Part shown: in pieces, positions 42,047 through 50,903 of the stretch
Layout: the number at the start of each line of letters is the position of its first letter
Numbering within the stretch: the first letter of the stretch is position 1
Source of the DNA: Synechococcus sp.
GTDB lineage: Bacteria > Cyanobacteriota > Cyanobacteriia > PCC-6307 > Cyanobiaceae
NCBI GenBank assembly: GCA_047284725.1
Contig: JBJBEO010000001.1
Span: forward strand, 672,001 to 736,000
Direction: 5' to 3'
DNA length: 64,000 nucleotides
Program-made: the position numbers and the translations under genes
Notes under the pieces: model-generated
What the model saw: only the letters and a program-made list of their open reading frames with translations
Databases searched by the model: none
What the model was told of the DNA's origin: nothing

Positions 42047-42547
42047 TTATGTCACCGGCATGGTGGGCAGCTGCTGCAGGGCGTCGGTGAAGCAGAGCCC
42101 CAGGGTGCAGAGTCCGATGCTGTGGCACTGGCACCAACGAACCAGGGCATTTTTTGTCAACGACATGGCTTGATCTGTGCCTGTGTCGCCATGGGTGGAG
42201 ACCGTTTTCAGGTTCACTTTCAGTTCTGTTCCGGGCTCCATCGTGAGCATGTCCGCATGCTCCTTGTGATCCCCATGCAGGCGAAGGTCACTGTCGCTGA
42301 AATCGAACAAGACACAAGCACCACCGGTGCTGATATCGATCAGGTCACTTGGAATCCAATGCGATTCATCTCCCTCACCGGGCTTTCCTCTCAATCCCAA
42401 GGTCACGTTCACCAGGCCGAGGGGAGTGAAGCGTTGGGCTTGGCGCTTCTCACAGCGGGGAGACGAAGGTTGTCCACGAACGGCCCGGCGCATGGTCATG
42501 GCACCGGAGGGGGATGGGTGCGTGTGGCGTGCTGAGGTGTGTGCCAT
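42047..42547 (-). CDS. Stand-alone PilZ domain protein (putative c-di-GMP receptor)
   Basis: RQAQR (RxxxR) and DISTGG (DxSxxG) motifs; VRWC and LGLCF C-terminal strands. Confidence 0.8.
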   Translation of the reverse strand: MAHTSARHTHPSPSGAMTMRRAVRGQPSSPRCEKRQAQRFTPLGLVNVTLGLRGKPGEGDESHWIPSDLIDISTGGACVLFDFSDSDLRLHGDHKEHADMLTMEPGTELKVNLKTVSTHGDTGTDQAMSLTKNALVRWCQCHSIGLCTLGLCFTDALQQLPTMPVT

Positions 42548-42681
42548 GGCGGGACGATCCAGGGGACAAACAGAAATTGAGACAGCTTTTCCTTTATTCC
42601 TTGTTCCGGTTTCTCTAATCTCTTGCCTTCAATGCTTGCTTGACTGGCATAGCGGTGAGCAAGGACTGAGAGAATGCAGAG

Positions 42682-43182
42682 ATGACAAATGCTTCAGCCT
42701 CCGCTGCAACACCGCCGCCGCCCGAGATGCCGTTCCCTCCCGACGGCCTGGATGGTTTTCTCGCCTTGTGCGAGGGGCGGTGGATGAGCTTGCGCAGCAC
42801 CTTTGCGCTGGATGAATCCGAAGACTGGCATCACAGTGAGCGGGGCGAGGTGGACCTGACCCACATCCCTCAGGACAGGGATCAGCATCGTTTGACTGTG
42901 GCTGATGCGTCAGGGAAGACCCTGGCGGCCCTCGTGTTCATTGCCGATGGTTCCGTTCAGCGCGACCAAAACGGACATGCATCGGGACAGTGGCAGTTGC
43001 GGGATGACGGTTGCCTTGAGCTGGAATTCCCCGCTGAAGACGGTGCTGTCGTGCAGGAGCGCATTTGGTTCACAAAGCCCAATCTGCGCCTGCGCAGCAC
43101 GACCTTGATGGATGGGGCAGGCACGCCCCTGCAAGCCAGTTTCTGCTCAGAGATCCGTCGGGTCGCGGCCCCGAACAGATAA
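42682..43182 (+). CDS. CpcS/CpeS family phycobiliprotein lyase
   Basis: GRWMSLRS, ERIWFTKPNLRLR and ASFCSEIRR motifs. Confidence 0.85.
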   Translation: MTNASASAATPPPPEMPFPPDGLDGFLALCEGRWMSLRSTFALDESEDWHHSERGEVDLTHIPQDRDQHRLTVADASGKTLAALVFIADGSVQRDQNGHASGQWQLRDDGCLELEFPAEDGAVVQERIWFTKPNLRLRSTTLMDGAGTPLQASFCSEIRRVAAPNR

Positions 43183-43187
43183 GCCCG

Positions 43188-43895
43188 ATGGCACCGTTTC
43201 GCCTCGATGTGCTCAGCCTGGCGCCTCAGGCATTTGCTCCTCTGCTGGAGCTCGGCGTGATTGGCAGGGCATTTGCCGCCGGCATTGCCGAGCTGCATCT
43301 GCACAACCCCCGTGACTACGCCACAGACAAGTACCGGAAGGTGGATGACATCCCCTACGGCGGTGGTGCCGGGATGGTGCTGAAGCCCGAGCCGGTGTAT
43401 GCCGCGTTTGAGGCGGTGCCCGTGCGTCCAAGGCGTCGGGTGTTGTTGATGAGCCCCCAGGGCCAACCGCTTCACCAAGCAGATCTGCAGCGCTGGGCTC
43501 AAAGCGTTGATCAATTGGTGTTCCTGTGCGGTCACTACGAAGGCTTCGATGAGCGCATTCGTCCCCTTGCGGATGAGGAAGTCTCGCTTGGCGATTTTGT
43601 TCTCACAGGCGGGGAGCTGCCAGCCATGACGATCATCAACGGTGTGGTGAGATTGCTGCCTGGCACGGTGGGCACTGCGGCCTCCCTTGTGGAGGAAAGC
43701 CACAGTGACCTGCTGCTGGAGCATCCCCACTACACCAGGCCTGCGGAATTTCGTGGCATGGCCGTGCCGCAGGTGCTGCGCAGTGGTGACCATGGCGCCA
43801 TTGATGGCTGGCGTCAGGGCCAGCGGGAACAGCGGACGGCTGAGCGCAGGCCTGATCTTTACGCCCGTTGGCAACAGCAGAAGATGCAGCCGTAG
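43188..43895 (+). CDS. trmD: tRNA (guanine37-N1)-methyltransferase
   Basis: VDDIPYGGGAGM, CGHYEGFDER, GDFVLTGGE and EHPHYTRP motifs. Confidence 0.97.
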   Translation: MAPFRLDVLSLAPQAFAPLLELGVIGRAFAAGIAELHLHNPRDYATDKYRKVDDIPYGGGAGMVLKPEPVYAAFEAVPVRPRRRVLLMSPQGQPLHQADLQRWAQSVDQLVFLCGHYEGFDERIRPLADEEVSLGDFVLTGGELPAMTIINGVVRLLPGTVGTAASLVEESHSDLLLEHPHYTRPAEFRGMAVPQVLRSGDHGAIDGWRQGQREQRTAERRPDLYARWQQQKMQP

Positions 43896-43982
43896 CCCTC
43901 AAGCTCAGGTCCTGCAGGGTGTGCTGGTCTGCACGCGTTGATGGCAGTCCCCGAGAATGGAGCCTGGTCCTGAAGGGATGGC

Positions 43983-44465
43983 ATGCAGCTCCGCATCGGC
44001 AACGGCTATGACATCCACCGACTCGTGCCAGGCAGGCCTTTGATTCTGGGCGGGCAGTTGCTGCAGCATCCCGATGGTCTTGGCCTCGATGGTCACAGTG
44101 ATGCAGACGTGCTGGTGCACGCGATCATGGATGCCCTGCTGGGTGCGTTGTCCCTGGGTGACATCGGCAAATATTTCCCCCCGGATGATCCTCGTTGGAA
44201 GGGGGCGGACAGCCTTGTGCTGCTGGAGCAGGTCGTGGCTCTGCTCGAGGATCGCGGTTGGCAGGTGGTGAATGTGGATTCCGTGGTGATCGCAGAGCGG
44301 CCCAAGCTCAAACCCCACATCGACGCGATGCGTGGCGCGATTGCGGCACGCATCGGCATCGCGCCGGAGCGGGTGGGTGTCAAGGCCACCACCAACGAAA
44401 AGCTCGGCCCCGAGGGGCATGAGGAAGGGATTTCCTGTCAGGCCGTGGCTTTGCTGCAATGTTGA
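43983..44465 (+). CDS. ispF: 2-C-methyl-D-erythritol 2,4-cyclodiphosphate synthase
   Basis: [20 protein letters not shown] and KATTNE motifs. Confidence 0.97.
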   Translation: MQLRIGNGYDIHRLVPGRPLILGGQLLQHPDGLGLDGHSDADVLVHAIMDALLGALSLGDIGKYFPPDDPRWKGADSLVLLEQVVALLEDRGWQVVNVDSVVIAERPKLKPHIDAMRGAIAARIGIAPERVGVKATTNEKLGPEGHEEGISCQAVALLQC

Positions 44466-44902
44466 GGGGTGTCGTGTCCGCTCTGGCTAGGGTCTTGGGC
44501 CTTGTGCTGATCGTGGCGATGCTGCTGGCTGGCCATCCCGATGGGGCGATTGCGTCGGTTGAGAGTGCTGATGGGCAACGCGACGTTGTGGTGGTGGAGC
44601 ACCTGCGCATCAAGGTGCATGCCGAAGGTCGCCAAGCCTGGCTCCAGGCGGAGCAGGGCAGTTGGGAGCCTTGGCTGGCACAGCAGGATGGGTTCGTTGG
44701 TCGTGATCTGCTCTGGGATGCTGAGCGTGAAGAAGGTACCTTGTTGATTCGTTGGGCCAGCCGCGATCAGTGGAAAGCCATTCCCGAGCAGGAGGTGGCA
44801 ATGGTGCAGGCTCGTTTTGAAGAATTGGCGCGGGAGGCGACGGGGCTTCGCCAAGGCAATCCCTTCCCACTGGTGTTTGAAGGTGAGTTGGTGCCGCAGT
44901 GA
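44459..44902 (+). CDS. TIGR03792-like cyanobacterial protein (ABM-like)
   Basis: Signal/TM segment then [20 protein letters not shown] and [13 protein letters not shown]. Confidence 0.7.
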   Translation: MLRGVVSALARVLGLVLIVAMLLAGHPDGAIASVESADGQRDVVVVEHLRIKVHAEGRQAWLQAEQGSWEPWLAQQDGFVGRDLLWDAEREEGTLLIRWASRDQWKAIPEQEVAMVQARFEELAREATGLRQGNPFPLVFEGELVPQ

Positions 44903-45606
44903 GTGATCACGCTTCGGAACGTGATCCGGCGCAGGATGTGCGTTTTGACTGGGACCGTGCCGCACGGATTGGTTTCCGTGAGGCGATCTGGGGTGAACAC
45001 AAGTCAGCTGAGCAGATCGCTTCGATCCTGCGCAGTTGTGCCCAACGGCAACAACTGGCGTTGGCCACCCGGTTGAGTGAGAGCAAAGCTGCAGTGGTGC
45101 GAACGTTGCTGGCCAGTGATGGCTGTGATGCCCAACTGCAATGGCATCCCTCGGCGGCTTGCCTCACCTGGGGGATCTTGCCTGATCTCGATGCGGTTGC
45201 GCCTGAGGTTGCCGTTTTGGGCGGTGGTACCAGCGACCTCAAGGTGGCGTCTGAGGCACAGCTGGCCTTGCGTTGCCATGGAGTGGCTGCCGAGTTGATT
45301 CTTGATGTGGGCGTCGCCGGGCTGCATCGCTTGCTGGAGCAGTTGCCTCACCTGAAGCCTCGGCGGGTGTTGATCGCTTGCGCTGGGATGGAGGGTGCCC
45401 TGCCCACGGTGCTGGCAGGGTTGGTGCCCCAGCCGGTGATCGGGGTGCCGGTGGCGGTGGGCTATGGCGTGAGTGCTGGGGGACGCACGGCGCTGGAGGG
45501 CATGTTGGCGAGCTGTGCTCCGGGGCTCACTGTGGTGAATATCGACAATGGCTATGGCGCCGCCATGGCGGCGCTGCGCATCTTGGCTCCTGCACTCCAG
45601 CATTGA
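44899..45606 (+). CDS. larB: LarB/CpmA (PurE-like) protein
   Basis: GGTSDL, DVGVAGLHRL, AGMEGALP and VVNIDNGYGAA motifs. Confidence 0.9.
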   Translation: MSDHASERDPAQDVRFDWDRAARIGFREAIWGEHKSAEQIASILRSCAQRQQLALATRLSESKAAVVRTLLASDGCDAQLQWHPSAACLTWGILPDLDAVAPEVAVLGGGTSDLKVASEAQLALRCHGVAAELILDVGVAGLHRLLEQLPHLKPRRVLIACAGMEGALPTVLAGLVPQPVIGVPVAVGYGVSAGGRTALEGMLASCAPGLTVVNIDNGYGAAMAALRILAPALQH

Positions 45607-45629
45607 CCCCTTTTGGCTGGCCTTTGGCG

Positions 45630-45950
45630 ATGGTGAGCGAAGAGCGTGAGACGAACGATCGATCGACCCCAAACCTGAGCCGTCTTGGCTCCATGGGATT
45701 GAAGCTTCAGGGCTGGCGATCGTTACTGATGATCTGGCTGGTGTGGCTGGGGTTGGGTGTTGATCGCAGCGTGGAGGAATGGATTGCAAGGGCGGATCAA
45801 GCCCTTTACTGCGCCAAGCGTAATGGTCGTAATTGCGTGGCATCGTGCCACGGGGTGTACGTGCCAAAGGGTGACGAGCCCACCAACGCAGATGGAGATG
45901 AATCTTCATCCCCCGAGCTTGAGCTCTTGCAGGGAGGCGTGGAGCCTTGA
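45630..45950 (+). pseudogene. GGDEF domain C-terminal remnant
   Basis: VEEWIARADQALYCAKRNGRNCV is the canonical GGDEF C-terminus, but no GG(D/E)EF or D-x-D-x-FK motif is present upstream. Confidence 0.65.
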
Positions 45951-45964
45951 GCTGGCTTGTGGGG

Positions 45965-46129
45965 TTAGTGCTTGGCCAGGAGCTCGGCTGTGGTGTGGCC
46001 AGTGTCCTTGAGGTCGAGGAGCTCCTCGACCCATAGCCGCATCGAGCGCGGTAAGCGTCCTTCCTGGTAGCGCATCAATGCTTCCATAAGCACAGGGGAA
46101 TTGATCCACTGAAGAGAGCGCCGGGCCAT
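45965..46129 (-). CDS. Small hypothetical protein (54 aa), not in the ORF track
   Basis: Manual translation MARRSLQWINSPVLMEALMRYQEGRLPRSMRLWVEELLDLKDTGHTTAELLAKH. Confidence 0.6.
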   Translation of the reverse strand: MARRSLQWINSPVLMEALMRYQEGRLPRSMRLWVEELLDLKDTGHTTAELLAKH

Positions 46130-46195
46130 GATTTCTGGCGGGTTGCGCGCACGATGGCCGGCTTCGCTTCGAGCCGCAACGGATCAACTCTGCAT

Positions 46196-46330
46196 TCAAT
46201 TGGTCGATTTCGAGCGGTTGCTCAGGCGCAGTAACTCCTGGCTGTGGTGAGGTTGCTCAACGGCTCGCAAGCGCACCACCAACTCCACGAGATCGCCCTC
46301 AGCCAATTCACCATTGGCTTTCCATTGCAT
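46196..46330 (-). CDS. Small hypothetical protein (44 aa)
   Basis: MQWKANGELAEGDLVELVVRLRAVEQPHHSQELLRLSNRSKSTN. Confidence 0.55.
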   Translation of the reverse strand: MQWKANGELAEGDLVELVVRLRAVEQPHHSQELLRLSNRSKSTN

Positions 46331-46465
46331 CGATCGTGGATCGGGGCGACAGACAGCAGCCAAGATGAAAAAACGCAATCCTCATAAGCTAAAGAGTGCT
46401 TCCCATGGCAACTGCCTTCAAATCTTTAACTGATCCGAAGATTGCTTGATACCAGCAATCCCAAT

Positions 46466-47440
46466 TTAAAGGTGCTGAAGATTGGGGTAAGCCGTTACCA
46501 GCTCTTCTGCGCTGAGCACATCGCCAGCGCCATCAGGCTGCCAGATCACTTCCAGGGCCATGAGGTCTGTGGATGAGGTGGAGCCCAGGATGCGCAGTGA
46601 CTCGCGAAGGCCATCATTGGTGTCGATCGGTTTGATCGTCACCGGGCGGCGGCTGGCTACCAGCACCGTGACGGCGATGAACTCGTTGGTCGCATCGGCA
46701 TCACCAACGGCCTGCAGTTCATTGTCTGCGCTGGTTTGACGGCCTCCCACATTGGTGGTGAGTTCCTCGCGCAATTTGCTGCGCTCCGTCATCGACAGCC
46801 GATTGAAGGTGGATTCGGCTGCATTGAAGGGAACGCTGCCGTTTTCGAGATTGGCGTACACCCAAAGCTCAGGCTGACGCAGCAGAGCCAGGGTGGTTTC
46901 CTGCAGCACGCGTTGAAGACCACTTGAGGAGCTTGTATCGGCAGTGGACGCCAGTCGACGCAGGTCTTCCTGCAGTGCCTTGGCGCCCGCCAGCAGACCG
47001 ATTTGCAGTTGCACCAGCGTCACTGGGCCACTGCTCAACGGCGCCTTCTGTTCATATCCCCCCATCGCGTTGCCGCCACCGCCGTTGCCCCGGACTGCAT
47101 TCACCAGAACCCCGGCGATCGCCATCACAGCAAACAACCCCAGCAGTCCTCCCATGCCGCCGAAGCCGAAGAAGGGAATGATGAAGGGAAACCCCATGCC
47201 CCCGCCGCCATAGCCGCGGCTGTAACCACCGCCGTAACCACGGCTGTACCCACCGCTGCGGGGCATGGAGGGGGCCCTGAAGCTGCCACCGCCAATACGG
47301 CCACCCCGCGCCGCGTAACTGGGATCCGGATGGATCAGAACCAACCCGGCGACCAGCATGGGGAGGAGGAGAGCCGACAACCCACGCCGCAATCTGTGGT
47401 TCCATCGGGGCTGGGGGAGGGAGATCGACGAACGCGTCAA
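46466..47440 (-). CDS. DUF1517 family membrane protein (FLAP1-like)
   Basis: AARGGRIGGGSF Gly-rich region, TM helix, LQETTLALLR, LEVIWQP and YPNL motifs. Confidence 0.88.
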   Translation of the reverse strand: MTRSSISLPQPRWNHRLRRGLSALLLPMLVAGLVLIHPDPSYAARGGRIGGGSFRAPSMPRSGGYSRGYGGGYSRGYGGGGMGFPFIIPFFGFGGMGGLLGLFAVMAIAGVLVNAVRGNGGGGNAMGGYEQKAPLSSGPVTLVQLQIGLLAGAKALQEDLRRLASTADTSSSSGLQRVLQETTLALLRQPELWVYANLENGSVPFNAAESTFNRLSMTERSKLREELTTNVGGRQTSADNELQAVGDADATNEFIAVTVLVASRRPVTIKPIDTNDGLRESLRILGSTSSTDLMALEVIWQPDGAGDVLSAEELVTAYPNLQHL

Positions 47441-47464
47441 CAGGGCGTAGCGATTCAGTCGACT

Positions 47465-47680
47465 CTAGGAACCACCACCGACGATGGTGACAATTTCCAG
47501 GCTGTCGCCGTTTTGCACGGTTTGGTCCTCCCAGCGGTCGGGGGTGAGGATTAATCCGTTGAACTCCACCACCACCAATTTGGGGTGATGCCCGAGCTCC
47601 CTCACCACGGCGCCCAGGGAGTTGGTGTTGACATCGAGGTGCCGCTGCTCGCCGTTGACCTGAAGTGTGAGGTTGGCCAT
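47465..47680 (-). CDS. thiS: Sulfur carrier protein ThiS
   Basis: VNGE, VVVEFNG, C-terminal EIVTIVGGG(S); adjacent to thiE. Confidence 0.93.
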   Translation of the reverse strand: MANLTLQVNGEQRHLDVNTNSLGAVVRELGHHPKLVVVEFNGLILTPDRWEDQTVQNGDSLEIVTIVGGGS

Positions 47681-47724
47681 AGAGCGATCGAAGCTTGGTG
47701 GAACAGAGAGCAGGTGGTTGTTGC

Positions 47725-48771
47725 CTAGACCAGTGCAGACAGCAGGGCGGTACTGGCGGCATGCGGATCATCCGCCGCCATGATCGCGCCCACCACCGCC
47801 ACCCGGGTCACCCCATGACTGCGGAGTTCAGGCACCTTTCCTGCGCTGATGCCGCCGATGGCGAACCAGGGAAGCTTGGCCTGATCAGCGGCCTGTCGAG
47901 CCCAGGCCAATCCCTGCGGTTGCTTGTCGGGTTTGGTGCCGGTGGCGTAGATCGGCCCCACACCGAGGTAGTCGCAGTCTTCCCGTTGGGCTTGAAGCAG
48001 TTGCTCCACAGTGTGGGTGCTGCGGCCCAGCAGGCGACCATCTCCGATCAGTTGGCGCGCTGCGTCTGTCGGCAGGTCGTCTTGACCCAGGTGCACGCCA
48101 TCGGCATCCACCAGCAGGGCCAGATCGATGCGGTCGTTGACGATGAACAGGGCCTGGTGGCGACGACAGAGATGGGCCAGTGCCTGGGCTTCCTTCAGGC
48201 GCTCGCGGTCGTGGCTTTGCTTGGCGCGGTATTGCACCAAGGTGACCCCGGCACGCAGGGCGGCTTCGACGCAATGGAGCGAGCCCTCGCCTGGGTCCGT
48301 GATCAGGCAGAGGCGCGCCTGGTCGAGGCGGCGGCATCGATCCTGGCGTTGCCCAGCCTGCAGGATCGTCACTTCCAGGTCGTAGAGCCCGTAGCGAATC
48401 GAGGCGGCGGTGGCCGCCAACTGGGGATCACGGTCGCGGCCAAATTCCTCCAGCACGCGCAATGCTTCCTGCACGCGGCCGCAATTGGCGGCCACCACCT
48501 GTTGGGGGTGGATGCGGTCCTGCTGGGCCGGATGGGCCATGCCGGCGGCGGTGTCGGTGGCGGTCGAGCGGGCCTGCTTGTAGTGATCGGCATGGCATCG
48601 GCCGAGTTGTTGGCGCCAATGCTTGAGCGATGCCACCAGATCGGCGTGATCGAGCCCGAATCGACACCAGTCTTCGACCACGCGCAGCCCTTCCCGCGCC
48701 CGATCGAGATTGGCATCGATCAGCCTGTCGACGCGTGCCTCGGCGTGGTGGGCGACAACCATCGGTTTCAT
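47725..48771 (-). CDS. thiE: Thiamine-phosphate synthase (cyanobacterial long form)
   Basis: DANLDRAREGLRV, NDRIDLA, GVHLGQDD and AIGGI motifs. Confidence 0.95.
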   Translation of the reverse strand: MKPMVVAHHAEARVDRLIDANLDRAREGLRVVEDWCRFGLDHADLVASLKHWRQQLGRCHADHYKQARSTATDTAAGMAHPAQQDRIHPQQVVAANCGRVQEALRVLEEFGRDRDPQLAATAASIRYGLYDLEVTILQAGQRQDRCRRLDQARLCLITDPGEGSLHCVEAALRAGVTLVQYRAKQSHDRERLKEAQALAHLCRRHQALFIVNDRIDLALLVDADGVHLGQDDLPTDAARQLIGDGRLLGRSTHTVEQLLQAQREDCDYLGVGPIYATGTKPDKQPQGLAWARQAADQAKLPWFAIGGISAGKVPELRSHGVTRVAVVGAIMAADDPHAASTALLSALV

Positions 48772-48807
48772 GGCAGTCTTGGCACAATCGCACGCACCTT
48801 TGCGGCC

Positions 48808-48930
48808 ATGGAGAACGGTGGATCCGACAGCCCGATGAAGGTGTTGGTCTGGGGAATTCTTCTGTTGGGGGGAATCGGTGTCTTCATCGTCTGGGGACTC
48901 ACGAACGCTTACCCGAGTTCAGTGCTCTGA
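48808..48930 (+). CDS. ndhQ: Probable NDH-1L small subunit NdhQ (40 aa)
   Basis: MENGGSDSPMKVLVWGILLLGGIGVFIVWGLTNAYPSSVL matches the NdhQ pattern as recalled (GxDSP, hydrophobic stretch, LG-x-I, W-x-L-xx-AY); single TM helix. Confidence 0.65.
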   Translation: MENGGSDSPMKVLVWGILLLGGIGVFIVWGLTNAYPSSVL

Positions 48931-49899
48931 GTTGCTCAGGATTGTGCGGGCTTTCTGAGCATCCAGGCCAATCTGGTGGCTGAGTTCGTCGAGGCCTGAG
49001 AAGCGTTGCTGCCCCCGCAGGCGCTCCACCGGCTCCACGGTGAGCACTTTGCCAACCAGATCCTGGCTTGTGTCGAGCAGATGCACCTCCACCGCTGAGG
49101 GCGAGAGGGGATCAACGGTGGGTTGAGGGCCCAGGTTCATGACCGCCGGCATGTGAGTGCTCTGGTCGCCCACTTGAGCCCAGGCGGCGTAGACCCCCAG
49201 ACCCGGCAGAAACTTGCGCCCATCCACTTCCAAATTGGCGGTGGGCCAACCGATGGTGTGCCCCAGTCCTCGCCCCTTCACCACCGTGCCACTGAAGCGA
49301 TAAGGCCGGCCCAGGAGTTGCTGTGCCGTTTCCAGATCACCTTCAGAGAGGGCCGCACGGATCCGGCTGCTGCTCATGGCTCCACTGGCATCCTCAAGAA
49401 TCGGCAACACCGTCACCTGCACGCCGGCCTGGCGGCAGAGGATTTGCAGGGTTTCTGTGGTACCCAGGCGACCTCGGCCAAAGCGAAAGTTGGCTCCCAC
49501 GGCAATGTGACGCGCCTGAAGGGTGTCGAGCAGCATCGTGCGCACGAACTGTTCCGCACTGAGCCGGGCCAGATCCTGATCAAAGGGCACCAGCACCAGC
49601 TGTTCAATGCCGAGCGGTTGGAGCAGAGAGAGCTTCTCCTCCGGCAGGTCTAGGCGCAGCCGGGCCTCACCGTGCAGCACCTCCCGAGGATGGGGCCAGA
49701 AACTCACCACCGTAGGCACACCTCCATGGGGCTCCTTGCACACCGCGTCGATCACGCGTCGGTGGCCGGCATGGAGGCCGTCAAAGCTGCCAAGGGCCAG
49801 CGCCGAGGGCGTGCGGGCCTGCTGTGGTGAGCAGAGAGGAATCAAGAGAGCCGTGCATCCGGCGGGTGTTGATGGCAAGTTTGGACGACTGCCGTTCAT
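48919..49899 (-). CDS. ribF: Riboflavin kinase/FAD synthetase (start may be TTG near 49848)
   Basis: GSFDGLHAGH, VGANFRFG, SSSRIR, GWPTAN and EVHLLD motifs. Confidence 0.96.
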   Translation of the reverse strand: MNGSRPNLPSTPAGCTALLIPLCSPQQARTPSALALGSFDGLHAGHRRVIDAVCKEPHGGVPTVVSFWPHPREVLHGEARLRLDLPEEKLSLLQPLGIEQLVLVPFDQDLARLSAEQFVRTMLLDTLQARHIAVGANFRFGRGRLGTTETLQILCRQAGVQVTVLPILEDASGAMSSSRIRAALSEGDLETAQQLLGRPYRFSGTVVKGRGLGHTIGWPTANLEVDGRKFLPGLGVYAAWAQVGDQSTHMPAVMNLGPQPTVDPLSPSAVEVHLLDTSQDLVGKVLTVEPVERLRGQQRFSGLDELSHQIGLDAQKARTILSNSEH

Positions 49900-49905
49900 T
49901 CGCGC

Positions 49906-50466
49906 ATGGCCGACCGTCTCGACCTCCAGTTGCTTTCCCTCGGGCTGAAGCGCATGGCCTGGATCCGCTTCTGGATTCAGACCGCCCTGGGCATCGTGGT
50001 GATGGGCGTGCTGGCTTTCAACAACGTCGGTGGCAGCCTCAGCCGCAATGCCGATCGGGCCCTGGGGCTGAGCCCAGGGCTCTCGCTCACCACCCTGTCA
50101 TTTCTGGTGCTGTTGTTCAGCCTCTGGCAAGGCTGGTTGGTTGTGCGTCTTGGGCGGGCTCTCGGCAGCAACGCAAAACCCAGTCGGGGAGAGGCCGCCC
50201 GCACGATCAAGCGGGGATTGATCGCGGATCTCCTGGGGCTGGTGTTTGCCGCAGTCGGCTACCAATCGTTAGCTGGAGCCCTGTTCGTGCAGGCCTCACA
50301 ACAGACGCCGGGCATCGCGATCGGCGGGTCAGGGATGCGGGAAAACCTGGCGATCACATCCCTGGAAATGCTCTCGGTGCTGAGCAACACCCAAGTGCTG
50401 TTTGCGCACCTGATCGGCCTGTTGTTCTCACTCTGGTTCTTGCAGAGGATCTACCGCGCGAAATGA
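49906..50466 (+). CDS. DUF3611 family membrane protein (Tic21-like)
   Basis: WIRFWIQTALG, several TM helices, NTQVLFAHLIGL. Confidence 0.85.
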   Translation: MADRLDLQLLSLGLKRMAWIRFWIQTALGIVVMGVLAFNNVGGSLSRNADRALGLSPGLSLTTLSFLVLLFSLWQGWLVVRLGRALGSNAKPSRGEAARTIKRGLIADLLGLVFAAVGYQSLAGALFVQASQQTPGIAIGGSGMRENLAITSLEMLSVLSNTQVLFAHLIGLLFSLWFLQRIYRAK

Positions 50467-50832
50467 TTTGATGCGTTCAGCTTTAGTTGGTCGTCAACCA
50501 GTGCCCAAAATTCCAGTGCCATTCCCTCATTTTGGCCTGGGATTAGAGGCGTTATGCCGACCGACGATGATTGAGCTCGATCGGGGCCTATAAATCCGGC
50601 CACGAACAAAACGCTGGTCCCGCGAGAATCAAACGAATCTCGAGCTATTTCATCGAAGGATCAAGAGCCCTGCATACAAGACACCCAACGATCAATTCAA
50701 CCCATATAAACGCGGCGACAAGATTCGCCCGCCAACCTTCAGGAAACTAAATATATCTAATCATAGCGTAGTTAAATTTTTTTTACCTGGAAAAAAAATC
50801 GCAATTGTTCAACTAGCTTGAATACGCGCTAC

Positions 50833-50876
50833 AAAGCAGTTGCGATTACAGCAAGATTTCCACTCGCAACTGTTTT
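50833..50876 (+). promoter_or_regulatory. 5'-UTR stem-loop upstream of the linker gene
   Basis: AAAGCAGTTGCGA-N18-TCGCAACTGTTTT, ending 27 nt before the ATG. Confidence 0.45.
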
Positions 50877-50903
50877 CGAGCGTTTCTAGCAATCCCGCTT
50901 TAA

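Noticed and set aside
46012..46031. Perfect 20-bp palindrome GGTCGAGGAGCTCCTCGACC
   Set aside because: It falls inside the 54-aa ORF (codons for WVEELLD), occurs once and has no loop; probably coincidental
48771..48808. TPP riboswitch upstream of thiE-thiS
   Set aside because: Only 36 bp separate thiE from the divergent small ORF, and no TPP aptamer motifs are visible
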